Source: Phycisphaerales bacterium
GTDB taxonomy: Bacteria > Planctomycetota > Phycisphaerae > WQYP01
DNA length: 64,000 bases
Assembly (NCBI GenBank): GCA_027451365.1
Contig: DAIDJN010000005.1
Location: 1-64,000, forward strand
Direction of reading: 5' to 3'
Below the pieces are notes generated by a model that ran no database searches, was not told where the DNA came from, and saw only the letters and a program-made list of their open reading frames with translations. Each line of letters opens with the position of its first letter. Position 1 is the first letter of the stretch. This document shows, piece by piece, positions 28,069 to 38,917 of this stretch. Position numbers and translations under genes: made by a program.

Positions 28069-29952
28069 ATGTGCGGCATCGCGGGATTGATTCAATGGAC
28101 CGTCGGGGCGGCACAAAATACCGCCGAAGCCGCCGACGCGGTGGATAAACTGCTCAAATACCGCGGTCCGGACGGCGCGGGTCGATTCACCGCCGCGGCA
28201 CCGCGGTCCTGCACGCTGGTACACCGGCGGCTGGCGATTCTGGATCCTGTCGGCGGCGGCCAGCCAATGGCCAATGCCGACGGCTCAGTACAAGTCGTAT
28301 TCAACGGCGAGATTTATAATCATCGCCAATTGCGGCAGGAACTTTCCCGTGCGGGGCATCAATTTATAACCGATCACAGTGATACGGAAGTACTGGTTCA
28401 CGGCTGGCGGGAATGGGGGACGCGTCTGCCGGAAAAACTGCTGGGCATGTTCGCATTCGCCTTGTGGGACCGGGCGGCGGATTCGCTTTTTCTGGCGCGC
28501 GACCGCATGGGCCAGAAGCCTCTGTTCTATCATGCCAGACAAGATCAACTCGCGTTCGCCAGTACGTTGCCAGCCCTGCTGGCGTGGCCGGACATTCCGC
28601 GGCGGGTCACAACAGACAAACTGGCCGCCTATCTTTTTCATGGTTACTTGCCACCGCCAGATACTATTTATGAAGATATATGGCAACTGACACCAGGAAG
28701 CTGGCTGCTGGCCGCACGGTCAGGCATCAGGCAGGAAGTGTTCTGGCGACCACGGTTAAACGCGGATGGGCACGCCGGTTCGGCGGCTGATATCGTTCAT
28801 TCATTAGGCCAACTGCTTGGCGACGCTGTGGAATCTGAACTGGAAGCGGATGTTCCGATTGCGTGTTTTCTGTCAGGTGGAATCGATTCGAGCATTATTG
28901 CAGCGCTCATGCAAAAAATCCGGCGGAAAGTCGGAGGCAGGCCTGTTTGTACGATAAATGTGGCGTTTTCCGATGCCGATTTTGATGAAAGCAGCCATGC
29001 GGCACAGGTGGCGCGTTATATTGGATCCCAGCATCAGTCGTTTACTCTTGAACCGATGAACGGATCAATTGACACGCTGGACTGGCTGATGCAGATGACG
29101 CTGGGGCAGCCATTTGCGGATTCATCCATTCTGCCTACCTACTATGTCGCAAATTGCGCCCGCAGGCTGGCACCTTGCGCCATCAGCGGCGACGGAGCCG
29201 ATGAACTTTTTGGAGGGTATGACCGGTACCGTGCGGTGGATATGCTGGAAAAATGGCCGACCATGACGCGGTGCGGCGCAGGTATGCTCAAATGCGTCTC
29301 CCGCCGACCGAGACTCGAACGTCTGAAGCGCGCCACCGGCAGCCCGGATATTCTGGCGGGCTATGGCTGCCTGATGGAAATATTTCCAGCGGAAACGCTG
29401 CACTGCTGTTTCCCCGGTCTGTCCGACGGGTCCCCGGCACGGAATTGGCGGATCGCGCAAGATGGCGCGGCTGCGGCTTTTCGCCGAATGATGGTGCTGG
29501 ACCAGTCGCACTATCTTCCCGGCGATGTGTTGTGGAAAGTGGACAGTGCGTCGATGGCCTGCGGGCTGGAGGTACGAAGTCCCTTTCTGGATCATCGAAT
29601 CGTGGAATTCGCCAACAATCTGCCTGACAAGGACATTTTGAATTTCCGCCGGGGAAAACTGGCGCTGCGACGGGCATTTGGGGGTTTGCTGCCGACGGAA
29701 ATCTGGCGGCGCCGCAAGCATGGGTTTGCCGCGCCGGTCGGCAAGTGGCTGGCCGGGCCCCTGTCTGAAGACTGGAAGGCGATAGTGTGTGGCCCGAATT
29801 CCCTTACCGCTAGAATTACCGCTTCGGGTTTTGCCGAGTCGCTGCTGACCGACCAGCGGACGGGCGCACAGGATCATACGCATCGGATGTTTTCACTATT
29901 AATGCTGGAATTGTGGTGGCGGCATTTTCGGCCGACTCTGGTAACCGGCTAG
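28069..29952 (+). CDS. asnB: Asparagine synthase (glutamine-hydrolysing) family amidotransferase
   Basis: MCGIAG, RGPDG, HRRLAILD, FNGEIYN, SDTEV, LSGGIDSS, SGDGADELFGGY, LEVRSPFLD. Confidence 0.93.
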   Translation: MCGIAGLIQWTVGAAQNTAEAADAVDKLLKYRGPDGAGRFTAAAPRSCTLVHRRLAILDPVGGGQPMANADGSVQVVFNGEIYNHRQLRQELSRAGHQFITDHSDTEVLVHGWREWGTRLPEKLLGMFAFALWDRAADSLFLARDRMGQKPLFYHARQDQLAFASTLPALLAWPDIPRRVTTDKLAAYLFHGYLPPPDTIYEDIWQLTPGSWLLAARSGIRQEVFWRPRLNADGHAGSAADIVHSLGQLLGDAVESELEADVPIACFLSGGIDSSIIAALMQKIRRKVGGRPVCTINVAFSDADFDESSHAAQVARYIGSQHQSFTLEPMNGSIDTLDWLMQMTLGQPFADSSILPTYYVANCARRLAPCAISGDGADELFGGYDRYRAVDMLEKWPTMTRCGAGMLKCVSRRPRLERLKRATGSPDILAGYGCLMEIFPAETLHCCFPGLSDGSPARNWRIAQDGAAAAFRRMMVLDQSHYLPGDVLWKVDSASMACGLEVRSPFLDHRIVEFANNLPDKDILNFRRGKLALRRAFGGLLPTEIWRRRKHGFAAPVGKWLAGPLSEDWKAIVCGPNSLTARITASGFAESLLTDQRTGAQDHTHRMFSLLMLELWWRHFRPTLVTG

Positions 29953-30017
29953 TGAACTTTCGCGCTTAACGGAGCCCCATTTTAGAACAGGAATTCGCCA
30001 ACGAATTTCAACGAAGA

Positions 30018-30058
30018 AAGGGCGAAATCCGAGGCTTTAGCCATCGAATTCCGCCCTT
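30018..30058 (-). terminator. Hairpin between convergent asnB and PEP-CTERM genes
   Basis: - strand AAGGGCGGAATTCGA...TCGGATTTCGCCCTT followed by TCTTC. Confidence 0.55.
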
Positions 30059-30111
30059 GCGTATCACATTCGCGACACCGTTTGAGCAACGTGGATTTTC
30101 ACGAAAATGCG

Positions 30112-30831
30112 TCAGGCCGTGCGACGGCGTCGACCAACAAGTAGCAAAGCCGCGCCGCCAAGGCCAATGACGGCCAGCGATGCGGGTTCGGGTGCCGCGG
30201 CGGGGTTGGTAAACTGGATATTTCCGATGTCAAATGCCCAAGGACCAGACGTGCCGCCATTCCACGCGGGAAATGCGTTGAGCAGGAATTGCAGATAGCT
30301 CTGCCCGCTTGCCGGTGCGGTAATACCGGCTAAAGGAATTGTCTCAGAGACAAGGGTAGAATCGGGATTTGAAGCGGGAATACTAACGGTGACAGAAGGA
30401 GAAAGGCCTGGTTCACTGCTTCCGGCAGATCCCTGCCACCCCATCGCACCAATTGTCAGACTGTTCCCCGGATAGAGCGTGGAGCCAGTGGTATTTGGAA
30501 AAAGGATATCAAACGAGATATCCTGGTATGATGCCCAGTTGGAGGCGGTAAACCCGGGAGTTTGAAATTGCAGACCGGCGTAGTATTGTGAATTTTGCGG
30601 AACGCTCACCTGCAGCATGTTCCCATCCGCAGTACCGGAACTCACTATGGACAGTGTCTGGCCATTCCACGCGCCAACTTCCGTTGGTGCAGTTCCGACC
30701 GTATCCTGGCTGAAATTATCAATAACAACATTGGCTTGGGCGGCATCGACATAAAGCAGGCCGAACCCGGCGACGGCAGCGACCACCGCCACAGACACCA
30801 TTTTTGACCATCGGAATGCAGAACACTTCAT
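30112..30831 (-). CDS. PEP-CTERM surface protein, 239 aa
   Basis: ATG 30831 after AAGGAG; signal peptide ending AQA; C-terminus APEPASLAVIGLGGAALLLVGRRRRTA. Confidence 0.9.
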   Translation of the reverse strand: MKCSAFRWSKMVSVAVVAAVAGFGLLYVDAAQANVVIDNFSQDTVGTAPTEVGAWNGQTLSIVSSGTADGNMLQVSVPQNSQYYAGLQFQTPGFTASNWASYQDISFDILFPNTTGSTLYPGNSLTIGAMGWQGSAGSSEPGLSPSVTVSIPASNPDSTLVSETIPLAGITAPASGQSYLQFLLNAFPAWNGGTSGPWAFDIGNIQFTNPAAAPEPASLAVIGLGGAALLLVGRRRRTA

Positions 30832-31092
30832 ATAACTCTCCTTGAACAGAACAACTTCCGACGCCCTCCAACCTCGGACAACCAGAACATTTCTGGATGA
30901 TTCCGTTTGGACCGGCGAACGCGAGCAGATTAACAAAGCCGACAAATTGTCAAATCGATCGATGCGGCCGAACAATTGCAACGACGTTACTATAAAATGG
31001 GAACAACGGGTCCGCCACTACGTACAGCGCAAAAACATTTGCTTATAGCGTAAGGTTATCGCGAGACATCGCAGCCGATGGGATTGATCCAA

Positions 31093-33348
31093 TTAAACCA
31101 GGTCGCCATAAATAATGCCGCGTCCACTGGTGCCGATATAGACCCGCCCAAAAACCCGCGGGTCGCCGGCAATGGCATTGATATAAAAAAACTGCTGTCG
31201 GTCGTCGTTTATCCGTCGCCAGTCTTTACCCTGATTGTCCGACCGATAGAAGCCGTATTGGCCCGCGACAATCCCGACGATAAAAACGGCCGGATAGCGG
31301 CCATCGGGCGCGGCCATGCCAAAGCCGATGTTGTAGGCCTGATTGACACCGGCAATGCGGCGGAATTTCGCGCCTGCATTGGCGGAAAAATACAGCCCGC
31401 TATTGCCAGCAAGCCACAAATGGCCGGGAAGGCCCGGCGGATTCTTCAATTCCAGTAAGTCGCGGGGAACGGCACCCACCCGCGAAAAGCGTTCGCCGCC
31501 ATCATGGCTGATCCACAACCGCGACTGGCCACGGTTGACGCCGTAGAACCGGCCGGCTACGGACCGGTCGCTGCTGATCTCCGTCCCTGCGGGCAGATTT
31601 TCACAACGGTTCCACGTTTGACCGCCATTACGGGAAACGTGCGGTAACGCCCGATCTGGCGTACAGACGACAGACCTGGCCATGGCACAAACCGCAATAT
31701 GGCCGCCGCCGTCACCGGGGGCGCCGGAAGCAAACATTTTCCAGGTTCGACCGCCATCTACCGAGATGGCTCCATGCGAATTCTGGCCGCCGAAAACGCG
31801 CACGACATAACCGGGCTTTAACTGGGCGAAATCTATATCTGTATTGGACCCAAAGCTGGGATTAAACATTCCCTGTGTCGGCGACTGGCGCAGATCGTCA
31901 TGGCGAAATCCGTCGATATCATAAACCGTGCTCAGGAGATGTGGCCCCTGAGGCGGACTGAGAAGCTTGTTGACAACGGTTTCCTCCAAACCGCGGCAGT
32001 CAAAGCTCCAATCGGCAACGCCGCCGCGGTCCGCAGCCCGCAGATTATGGGTGGTAAACAATCCGCAGCCGGTGGTATACATCGCCGTTCCAGGCTCATG
32101 CGGGTCAATCTGGAGACTGCCGATCCAGTTGGTGGCCCCGACGGTATTTCTGTGCCATTTAATCCAAGGGGCACCGCCATCGGTCCAGAGGCCGTCATGG
32201 CCGGGGCTGATGGAGGTCCAGTTTGCGCCGCCATCGGTACTGCGAAACAGGGAATCGCCCCGCGCCCATCGGCAGAAAGAACTGGTCATGATGGTGCGCG
32301 GATGATGTGCGTCCAGGGTCATGGTTCCATAGCCGAAGGAATCATGGCCGGATGGCCGGACCGGGGTAATATTTTTCCAGGTTCCCTGGCGTGTGTCCAA
32401 ACACCAGACTGCGCCATCGGTCATGGAATTGGGACCCGGTTCAAGACCATAGCTTATATACATATTGCCATCTTTTGCAAGGACCGCATGGTTGGGCCTC
32501 AGACCCGTCGGCTGCCCGTCCACCGGGGCCCAGGTGCGTCCGGCATTGTGACTGACAAAAAGACTTTCCTGATGAGTGGAAACGGCTACATACACCCTTG
32601 GCGTGGGTGTGCCTGGCGCGCCGCCCTGGGCGTCAAACACCACGCATACCAGGCCAATGCCCGTGCCGTCACCGGCGGTGGGAAAGGATTTTATCCGCCG
32701 CCATGCGCGGCCGTGGTTGTCCGTAAGCCAGAGGCCGTCCGACCGCGAACCGAAAAGCAGGCGAGCCGGAAAATTCGGGTCCACCATTAAGCGTTCGCCA
32801 TTAAAACGTCCCGGTTCATTGCCGCCAAGCTTTATGGGCAATGGCGAGCGCCGCCAGGTTGTACCCATATCTTCGGAGCACAGGATAGCTCCGTTGGGAG
32901 CCCACCACTGGGTATACATTCCCGCGGCCAAATAAACGCGTCGCGCGTCCGTGGGGTCCACAGCAAGGCTGTCGATGCCGGAAAGATTGGAATCCTTGCG
33001 ACCGATCCAGTCGGTGATCGGCGTCCACGCGGCATCATAAGAGTTCCGCCGATAGGCCCCGCCTACATCGGTGCGCGCATAAACCAGTCCGGGCCGACGA
33101 GGATGCGGAATAATTCCAGTTACAAATCCACCTCCACGAATCGCAACATTGCGCCACTGGTAGTTCCGGGCTTCGCCACCGGTGGATGCCGCGGGCGTTT
33201 CGGTGGCGGCGCAGCCGGAACAGACGGCGGCGGTTGCAGCGAGGGCCAGAAATCCGCGGCGCGATGTTCCTTTGCGACTACGGGAGCGGACTAGTTTTGT
33301 CGCAACATCCGCTTCCGGCGGCCGACTGGTTTGGGATTTGGTATCCAT
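31093..33348 (-). CDS. GH74 xyloglucanase/endoglucanase-like beta-propeller, Tat (lipo)protein
   Basis: SRRGFL twin-arginine motif and CSGC; WRNVAIRGGGFVTGI, YARTDVGGAYR, GLEET, YDIDGF; several BNR S-x-D-x-G-x-x-W boxes; GRVYIGTSGRGI. Confidence 0.88.
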   Translation of the reverse strand: MDTKSQTSRPPEADVATKLVRSRSRKGTSRRGFLALAATAAVCSGCAATETPAASTGGEARNYQWRNVAIRGGGFVTGIIPHPRRPGLVYARTDVGGAYRRNSYDAAWTPITDWIGRKDSNLSGIDSLAVDPTDARRVYLAAGMYTQWWAPNGAILCSEDMGTTWRRSPLPIKLGGNEPGRFNGERLMVDPNFPARLLFGSRSDGLWLTDNHGRAWRRIKSFPTAGDGTGIGLVCVVFDAQGGAPGTPTPRVYVAVSTHQESLFVSHNAGRTWAPVDGQPTGLRPNHAVLAKDGNMYISYGLEPGPNSMTDGAVWCLDTRQGTWKNITPVRPSGHDSFGYGTMTLDAHHPRTIMTSSFCRWARGDSLFRSTDGGANWTSISPGHDGLWTDGGAPWIKWHRNTVGATNWIGSLQIDPHEPGTAMYTTGCGLFTTHNLRAADRGGVADWSFDCRGLEETVVNKLLSPPQGPHLLSTVYDIDGFRHDDLRQSPTQGMFNPSFGSNTDIDFAQLKPGYVVRVFGGQNSHGAISVDGGRTWKMFASGAPGDGGGHIAVCAMARSVVCTPDRALPHVSRNGGQTWNRCENLPAGTEISSDRSVAGRFYGVNRGQSRLWISHDGGERFSRVGAVPRDLLELKNPPGLPGHLWLAGNSGLYFSANAGAKFRRIAGVNQAYNIGFGMAAPDGRYPAVFIVGIVAGQYGFYRSDNQGKDWRRINDDRQQFFYINAIAGDPRVFGRVYIGTSGRGIIYGDLV

Positions 33349-33831
33349 GGCCCGAGCTTCTCCAAAAATATTCAGGTGGCGGCGTGGGCCAGGACAGAAT
33401 CCCGTATCCCAAACTCCGACTATATTTAACGCGATAACCGCTTAAGCCAGCCACCATGATAATCGCAAATGTTTTTCGTATCAGCGCAGAGGTTCGCGCA
33501 CGCCATGACGAGACAACCAGTGGCGGCAAGGGAATCGCCGGTTGGGAAATACAGCGGTGGACAGACTTTTATGGTTTGATTCAGCTTCCGCAATCCGGTT
33601 TGAGATAAAAGATGGCCCCCCTTTTAAAAGCCTTCGCTTTATTATGGTCCATTGCGGTTTAAATCGATAGCTGCATTGCATCTCACAATGGCGGGGATTT
33701 GCAGTTCAGGAGGCAAGACGGATTCGCAAAGATTTATGTCACGCGGGAGACGCATAGATTGGAACTTGTAATCGGTCCCCACAGGCCGGGGCCAAAAGCG
33801 CTGGTTGCGAAAAATCAGCCGCCTTTTTTAC

Positions 33832-35277
33832 TCATTCTGGCCTTGGGGTGGAAGGTGGGTCCATTTTCGGTTCGGCGAGTTCGGAATCCGTACGGCTGCT
33901 CTGTTCCAGAACACCGCCAGCCCGATGGCCGGATGATTTTTCTCTTTCCAGCCAGTGGCGAATTTGCGCATCGAGATCATTAACGTCGGTCAATTTTTGT
34001 CGCGGTATATATAACCCCGGATCCCGCGTCCGGAACAAATGGTAACAGACCAGGGAAACAATATCTTCCGGATTCGGAACGGGTGAAAATTCCGCGGCCG
34101 TGTTCTCGGCAACGGCTTGGGCTTTCGGTTTGGGCTGAACAACGGCATTCATGGCGTCGATGGCGGTCTGCTGGCCGCAAGCGTTGGCGGAAAAGCAGTC
34201 GGCTGCGGCCCGCAGCCACTGATGACAGATGAAAGCACCATCGGCCAGGTATTCAGCTGCGCGAACCTGTGCCAACCGCCAGATGCCGCGACCAGTCATG
34301 ACAAACGGTTCTATCCAACGGCTTGTTTTTCCCGGCTGCAACATCAGATACCCCCATTGGGCGATGGGCGCAAGATGGTTCAACCCGGCAAGGGAAAGGT
34401 CATCGAGTTTTTTTAGTTTATCGCGAAATTTGCCCGCCTGACGATATTCCAATTGCGCTGCGGCGCTGCGCATCTGGCCTTCCAAAGTTCGCCGCGCGGT
34501 GGAGTGTGGTTCCTGATGCGGGTCCGCATTCCATTGCACAAGGAAATTGATTGCCGCATGCACGGAAGCCAAGTATTGGGGCATGGGCACGGTACCATCG
34601 CATGGCGCGGGGCACTGGCCCATGTCTTTGTAGGCACAGGCACGGCCCCGCGGGGATTGGCGCAGAATATCTTCGTATCTGCACAGGTCAAAAATATCGG
34701 ATAGTTCATGGACAAGCCTTTGCGCGTTAGCGCGTCCGCCGATCGGACCAAACGTGACCGCCGGCTCCGGAGGAATTTTTGTGCCGATATGAAAAAATGG
34801 GGCTTCGGCCTGTGGATGAATGCTGATATACCACGCCGGTTTCCAGCCAAGCATTTTATTAAATGATTGAGGAAACAGCGACCGCGCCGCCAGGCTGTAG
34901 ACCCAGTTGCCCCAGAATCCACTACCCACACAGCAATAGCTGATGGAATGGGTAAGTGCGGCATAATCCACATGCGGCCCACCAGTCGAAGCGGCGGGAG
35001 CATCGTCACCGGGTGGCGGACCGTCCAAAATCGGGGCCGGGGCCGTCGGCGTTGGATGCATCAATTTGGCCGCCGGGCGCAGCCTGCGCAAAACAGCCGC
35101 CCGCAGATCTGCGGTGGCCGCCAGAAGAACCGTCGCCGAATCGATCGAGGAAAACACGTAAACGCCGGGCTTCGCGGGAATGGACATGCCGTCGTTTAAC
35201 TGCGAATACAGAAGGTTCCGGAACCCGCTGTTTTGCAGAGCTGCGGGACAGGAATCCGATGAAGGCATGTGCGTCAT
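33832..35277 (-). CDS. UvrC/Cho-like protein: degenerate GIY-YIG, Cys4 cluster, UVR coiled coil
   Basis: PAKPGVYVF, FGP, DLCR...RACAYKDMGQCPAPC, MRSAAAQLEYRQAGKFRD. Confidence 0.7.
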   Translation of the reverse strand: MTHMPSSDSCPAALQNSGFRNLLYSQLNDGMSIPAKPGVYVFSSIDSATVLLAATADLRAAVLRRLRPAAKLMHPTPTAPAPILDGPPPGDDAPAASTGGPHVDYAALTHSISYCCVGSGFWGNWVYSLAARSLFPQSFNKMLGWKPAWYISIHPQAEAPFFHIGTKIPPEPAVTFGPIGGRANAQRLVHELSDIFDLCRYEDILRQSPRGRACAYKDMGQCPAPCDGTVPMPQYLASVHAAINFLVQWNADPHQEPHSTARRTLEGQMRSAAAQLEYRQAGKFRDKLKKLDDLSLAGLNHLAPIAQWGYLMLQPGKTSRWIEPFVMTGRGIWRLAQVRAAEYLADGAFICHQWLRAAADCFSANACGQQTAIDAMNAVVQPKPKAQAVAENTAAEFSPVPNPEDIVSLVCYHLFRTRDPGLYIPRQKLTDVNDLDAQIRHWLEREKSSGHRAGGVLEQSSRTDSELAEPKMDPPSTPRPE

Positions 35278-35322
35278 GGGTGATTCCCCATCCTGTCACC
35301 TGTCCGCATGATGGCGACAGAT

Positions 35323-35796
35323 TCACACCGGCATACCGGTAATTTCGGACTCAAAAACCAGTGTGTTATTGCATATCCCCTGGCATTGGGCGATGACGCG
35401 TCGCCGCGACATGGTTACCATTTTGGCAATCAGGTAGAGCGTAGCGGGCGGAACGATAGAACCGCGAAACCGGGTATTGTCCGCCTTGACGAAACCGAGA
35501 AATCCCATATCCGGAAACAGAACGTGGGTCATATAGGAACAGAGTTGGGCTGCCGCCTCGAGAATAATCACGCCCGGCATAAGCGGACGCCCGGGAATAT
35601 GTCCGCGAACCCAGAACTCGTCCACGGCAACGTATTTCACTCCCACCACGGTCGCGTTGGGCAGATCGACATGGATAATGCCAGATAACTGCTCCATTTC
35701 AAACCGGTGGGGATTAATTTTGCGAATGTCTTCTATTGGTGTGACAATGCGATTCAGGTCAAGCGCGGCGAGGTCATAAAGGAAAGCTGCGGCCAT
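35323..35796 (-). CDS. fabZ: 3-hydroxyacyl-ACP dehydratase, FabZ family
   Basis: NPHRFEM, EFWVRGHIPGRPLMPGVIILEAAAQL, RFRGSIVP. Confidence 0.85.
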   Translation of the reverse strand: MAAAFLYDLAALDLNRIVTPIEDIRKINPHRFEMEQLSGIIHVDLPNATVVGVKYVAVDEFWVRGHIPGRPLMPGVIILEAAAQLCSYMTHVLFPDMGFLGFVKADNTRFRGSIVPPATLYLIAKMVTMSRRRVIAQCQGICNNTLVFESEITGMPV

Positions 35797-36180
35797 CGGG
35801 AAGTCCTGTCCGGGTTTAAAATTAAAACGGCATATCCATGCGACAGGCAGCCTGCCACAAAAGCATCAGGCGACGCGCCGCAAAACTGCAGGCGTCAGGC
35901 CCAAAATGGAACCCAAACCCATCAATGGGGAAATTCTGACGCGCCTGAAAAGTTATAAGGCAGGCCAAGCCGAGCGGCAAGCGTCATAATGGAATTTTCC
36001 GACGCAAAAGTGCAACGCCTTTTTTAAGAGCATCGTCGCAGGCAACCGCGCCAGGCCCGATTGCCATGGGATGGCCTTAATGGAGCCTGCGCTGTCATGC
36101 GCACACTCCGTCGGACGCAGCAAATCAAACAGAACAATCGCGTTACGGACAAGATGGTCCGATGCGGATCAAACAACATG

Positions 36181-36218
36181 CCGGCGGGCCGCGCCGCGAC
36201 CGGCGCGAAAACCGCCGG
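36181..36218 (-). terminator. GC hairpin just downstream of the Hc1-like gene
   Basis: CCGGCGG/CCGCCGG and CGCGCC/GGCGCG arms, 10 nt after the stop codon; weak U-tract. Confidence 0.45.
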
Positions 36219-36228
36219 GGACATACAT

Positions 36229-36405
36229 TCAGGGATTCTGATTGCGCAGGTCCAGAATTTTTACGCGGATATTCTGGGCCATTTTGCGAATGTCCTGCAT
36301 GGCTTTGCGCACCCGCGTGCCGGCCTGCTTGTTTCCGCCACTGGCCTTGGCGACATCTTCGGCAACTTGGTCGACAATCTGTTTGAGTTGCTGATATTCT
36401 TCCAT
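36229..36405 (-). CDS. Histone H1-like protein Hc1 family, 58 aa (not in ORF track)
   Basis: AAGGAG RBS then MEEYQQLKQIVDQVAEDVAKASGGNKQAGTRVRKAMQDIRKMAQNIRVKILDLRNQNP*. GNK-x-AGTR-x-RK is the Hc1-family signature. Confidence 0.88.
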   Translation of the reverse strand: MEEYQQLKQIVDQVAEDVAKASGGNKQAGTRVRKAMQDIRKMAQNIRVKILDLRNQNP

Positions 36406-36653
36406 GATTAACGCTCCTTAGGAAAATGTAGCACAATCGGCTGGTGCGAAGAATGGACTATCCATGGAAACGCACCAACCTACCGCCTGAACCCATTATC
36501 GGCCCCCGAAGCCTTGGAATTTAAATAAAAATACCAATTTTTCTGGTTTGCGATTATTTGCAAGATGGCCAATCCTGAACCGGCCTTAGATAGCGACCTC
36601 CGCCTTGCGCCATGGGAGACGACGCATTCGACCACAAGCTTGCTCGGCGAACC

Positions 36654-37673
36654 TTAATGGATGCCCTTTTCGGCGAGCCAACGCTCGGCATCTATGGCGG
36701 CCTTACACCCCATACCGGCGGCTGTTATTGCCTGGCGATAAACCGAATCCGCGCAATCTCCGGCGGCAAAAACCCCCTCCACACTGGTCAGAGATCGGAA
36801 CGGGTCTTTAAGGACAACATATTTTTTCTCATTCAATTCCAGTTGGCCCGCCAGAAAGGCAGTGTTGGGTGTATGGCCAATGGCGGCGAACATTCCGCTG
36901 CAATCAAGAATGGTGGTCTGGCCGCTCTGGAGATTTTTCACCCGCACGCCGGTAACGCCCTTTTCGTCGGTTCCCAGAACTTCTTCAACGGCTGAATTCC
37001 AGACCGGCTTGATTTTGGGATTGCCCAGTGCCCGCTGGGCCATAATTTTGCTGGCGCGAAATGCGTCCCGTCGATGCACCATGTAGACAAGCGTGGAGAA
37101 CTTCGTCAGGTAAGTGGCTTCCTCAACAGCGGAATCGCCCCCCCCTACCACCACCACGGGCTTATCACGAAATCTCGGCAAGGCACCATCGCATACTGCG
37201 CAGGCGGAAACGCCATTGTTTTCAAACTTGCGTTCACTTTCCAAGCCCAGGTAATTGGCGGCGGCACCGGTGGAAATAATCACGCTGTGGGAACGCAACA
37301 GTTCCTCACCATCGCCGTTTAGTTCATCGGAATGCCAGATTTTAAATGGCCGGGCGCTTAAATCGATTTTGGACACAAATGAGCTTTTTACCAGGGTGCC
37401 GAAGCGTTCTGCCTGCTGGCGCATGACACCCATCATTTTCTGGCCATCTATGCCATGTTCGAAGCCGGGATAGTTTTCAACTTCCGTGGTGAACATAAGC
37501 TGGCCGCCCGGCATGCGTTCCCGGCTCAAACCATCGCCCGCAAGGACAATGGGGCTAAGATTGGCGCGGGCCGCATAAATGGCTGCGGTCCAGCCGGCTG
37601 GTCCGGAGCCGATGATGGCAACTTTTTGAATGTCTGACAAGGCAATATCTCCAAAATTCTTATCGCGAGGCAT
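36654..37673 (-). CDS. trxB: Thioredoxin-disulfide reductase
   Basis: [51 protein letters not shown]. Start overlaps upstream stop (TAATG). Confidence 0.96.
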   Translation of the reverse strand: MPRDKNFGDIALSDIQKVAIIGSGPAGWTAAIYAARANLSPIVLAGDGLSRERMPGGQLMFTTEVENYPGFEHGIDGQKMMGVMRQQAERFGTLVKSSFVSKIDLSARPFKIWHSDELNGDGEELLRSHSVIISTGAAANYLGLESERKFENNGVSACAVCDGALPRFRDKPVVVVGGGDSAVEEATYLTKFSTLVYMVHRRDAFRASKIMAQRALGNPKIKPVWNSAVEEVLGTDEKGVTGVRVKNLQSGQTTILDCSGMFAAIGHTPNTAFLAGQLELNEKKYVVLKDPFRSLTSVEGVFAAGDCADSVYRQAITAAGMGCKAAIDAERWLAEKGIH

Positions 37674-38551
37674 TATATGCGTGGATTCTCTTCCGGCCAG
37701 TCGGCGGTCGCCCCATGGGCGAAAAAGCGTCCGTTGTGGCGGCGGATATCAATGGGCCATGCAAACGCAGCGGAAAGTTGTGTGGGGGTAAATACATCTT
37801 CCGGATGGCCACTGGCAATTGTGTTACCTCCCGCATTCAGCAGCAAGGCACTCGCGGTGTCCGGCAGAATTTCTTCCAAAAAATGACTGACCATGACAAT
37901 GGCGGGCGGGTTCTGTCGCGTGCGTAAATCCGCCAGCAGGCGCAACAGATTTTCCCGCGTAGGCAGGTCCAGTCCGTTGGTGGGTTCATCCAGAAGAAGC
38001 AGCGCTGGCCGGTGCACCAAGGCCCGCGCCAGCAGACAACGCATCCGTTCACCTGTGGAAAGTGTCATAAACCGCTGATTCCGTCGCGGAAAAACATGAA
38101 ATTGGGCCAGCAGTTCATCGCAACGATCCCAATGTTCCGGCTGCGGATGGTCGTAGGCAAGCGTAAGGGTTCCGAAAAAGCCGGTGCAAACGGCCTGCCT
38201 CGCCGTCAGGTCGTCGTCCATCGGATAAAGGCTTAAAGCCTCTACAATGGCCAGATTCCGCCGCAAAGCCAAAACCGAAAATTCCCCCAGCGTATGCCCT
38301 AGAACCCGCACCGTACCACTGGTGGGCCAGACGTAGCCGGCAAGCATGCGCATAAGCGTTGATTTACCTGAACCATTCGGCCCGACAATGGCCCCGCTGG
38401 CACCGGCCGCCAGACGCCAGGTTATATTCTGGAGAATCGCACGGTCCGCACGATTCAGACAAACATTTTCCAGTTCAAACGAAAAGGCCGGCGCGGCAAT
38501 GGGCGGCGTTTCGGCTGCCCTCGCGGCAATTTCTGATTTTGGCAAGCCCAT
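37673..38551 (-). CDS. ABC ATP-binding protein (ModF/YlmA-like)
   Basis: [24 protein letters not shown]. Confidence 0.9.
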   Translation of the reverse strand: MGLPKSEIAARAAETPPIAAPAFSFELENVCLNRADRAILQNITWRLAAGASGAIVGPNGSGKSTLMRMLAGYVWPTSGTVRVLGHTLGEFSVLALRRNLAIVEALSLYPMDDDLTARQAVCTGFFGTLTLAYDHPQPEHWDRCDELLAQFHVFPRRNQRFMTLSTGERMRCLLARALVHRPALLLLDEPTNGLDLPTRENLLRLLADLRTRQNPPAIVMVSHFLEEILPDTASALLLNAGGNTIASGHPEDVFTPTQLSAAFAWPIDIRRHNGRFFAHGATADWPEENPRI

Positions 38552-38917
38552 GCTTTATCCCGATGCAAGTGCCCGAAGTTCATGCCAGTCGGCGGAAAGG
38601 CAATGTTAATCTGAACGGATTATTCGGGCAATCTGATAGGGGTTGGGCGAAAAGGCAGGGATGCGGCCGATCGCTTCCGTCGGCCCGGCGATCCTGCGTG
38701 GTGCGGCCATTGACAATTTGCCAGCAACGGCGAAATTAATTCGAGGGCGAAAAATTAGATGGACCGCGGGGTTGGCGTCTTTGACGGTTGTATCCTGCCG
38801 GCGTGACGGCTTGCGCCAAACACCCGTTTGACGAGGCAAAATGCCGGTTCGGCTTGTGCGGCACTTCGATCGACGGGCGTTTATAATACAGTGTCTTTCG
38901 ATTTAAGAGGTTCAAAA

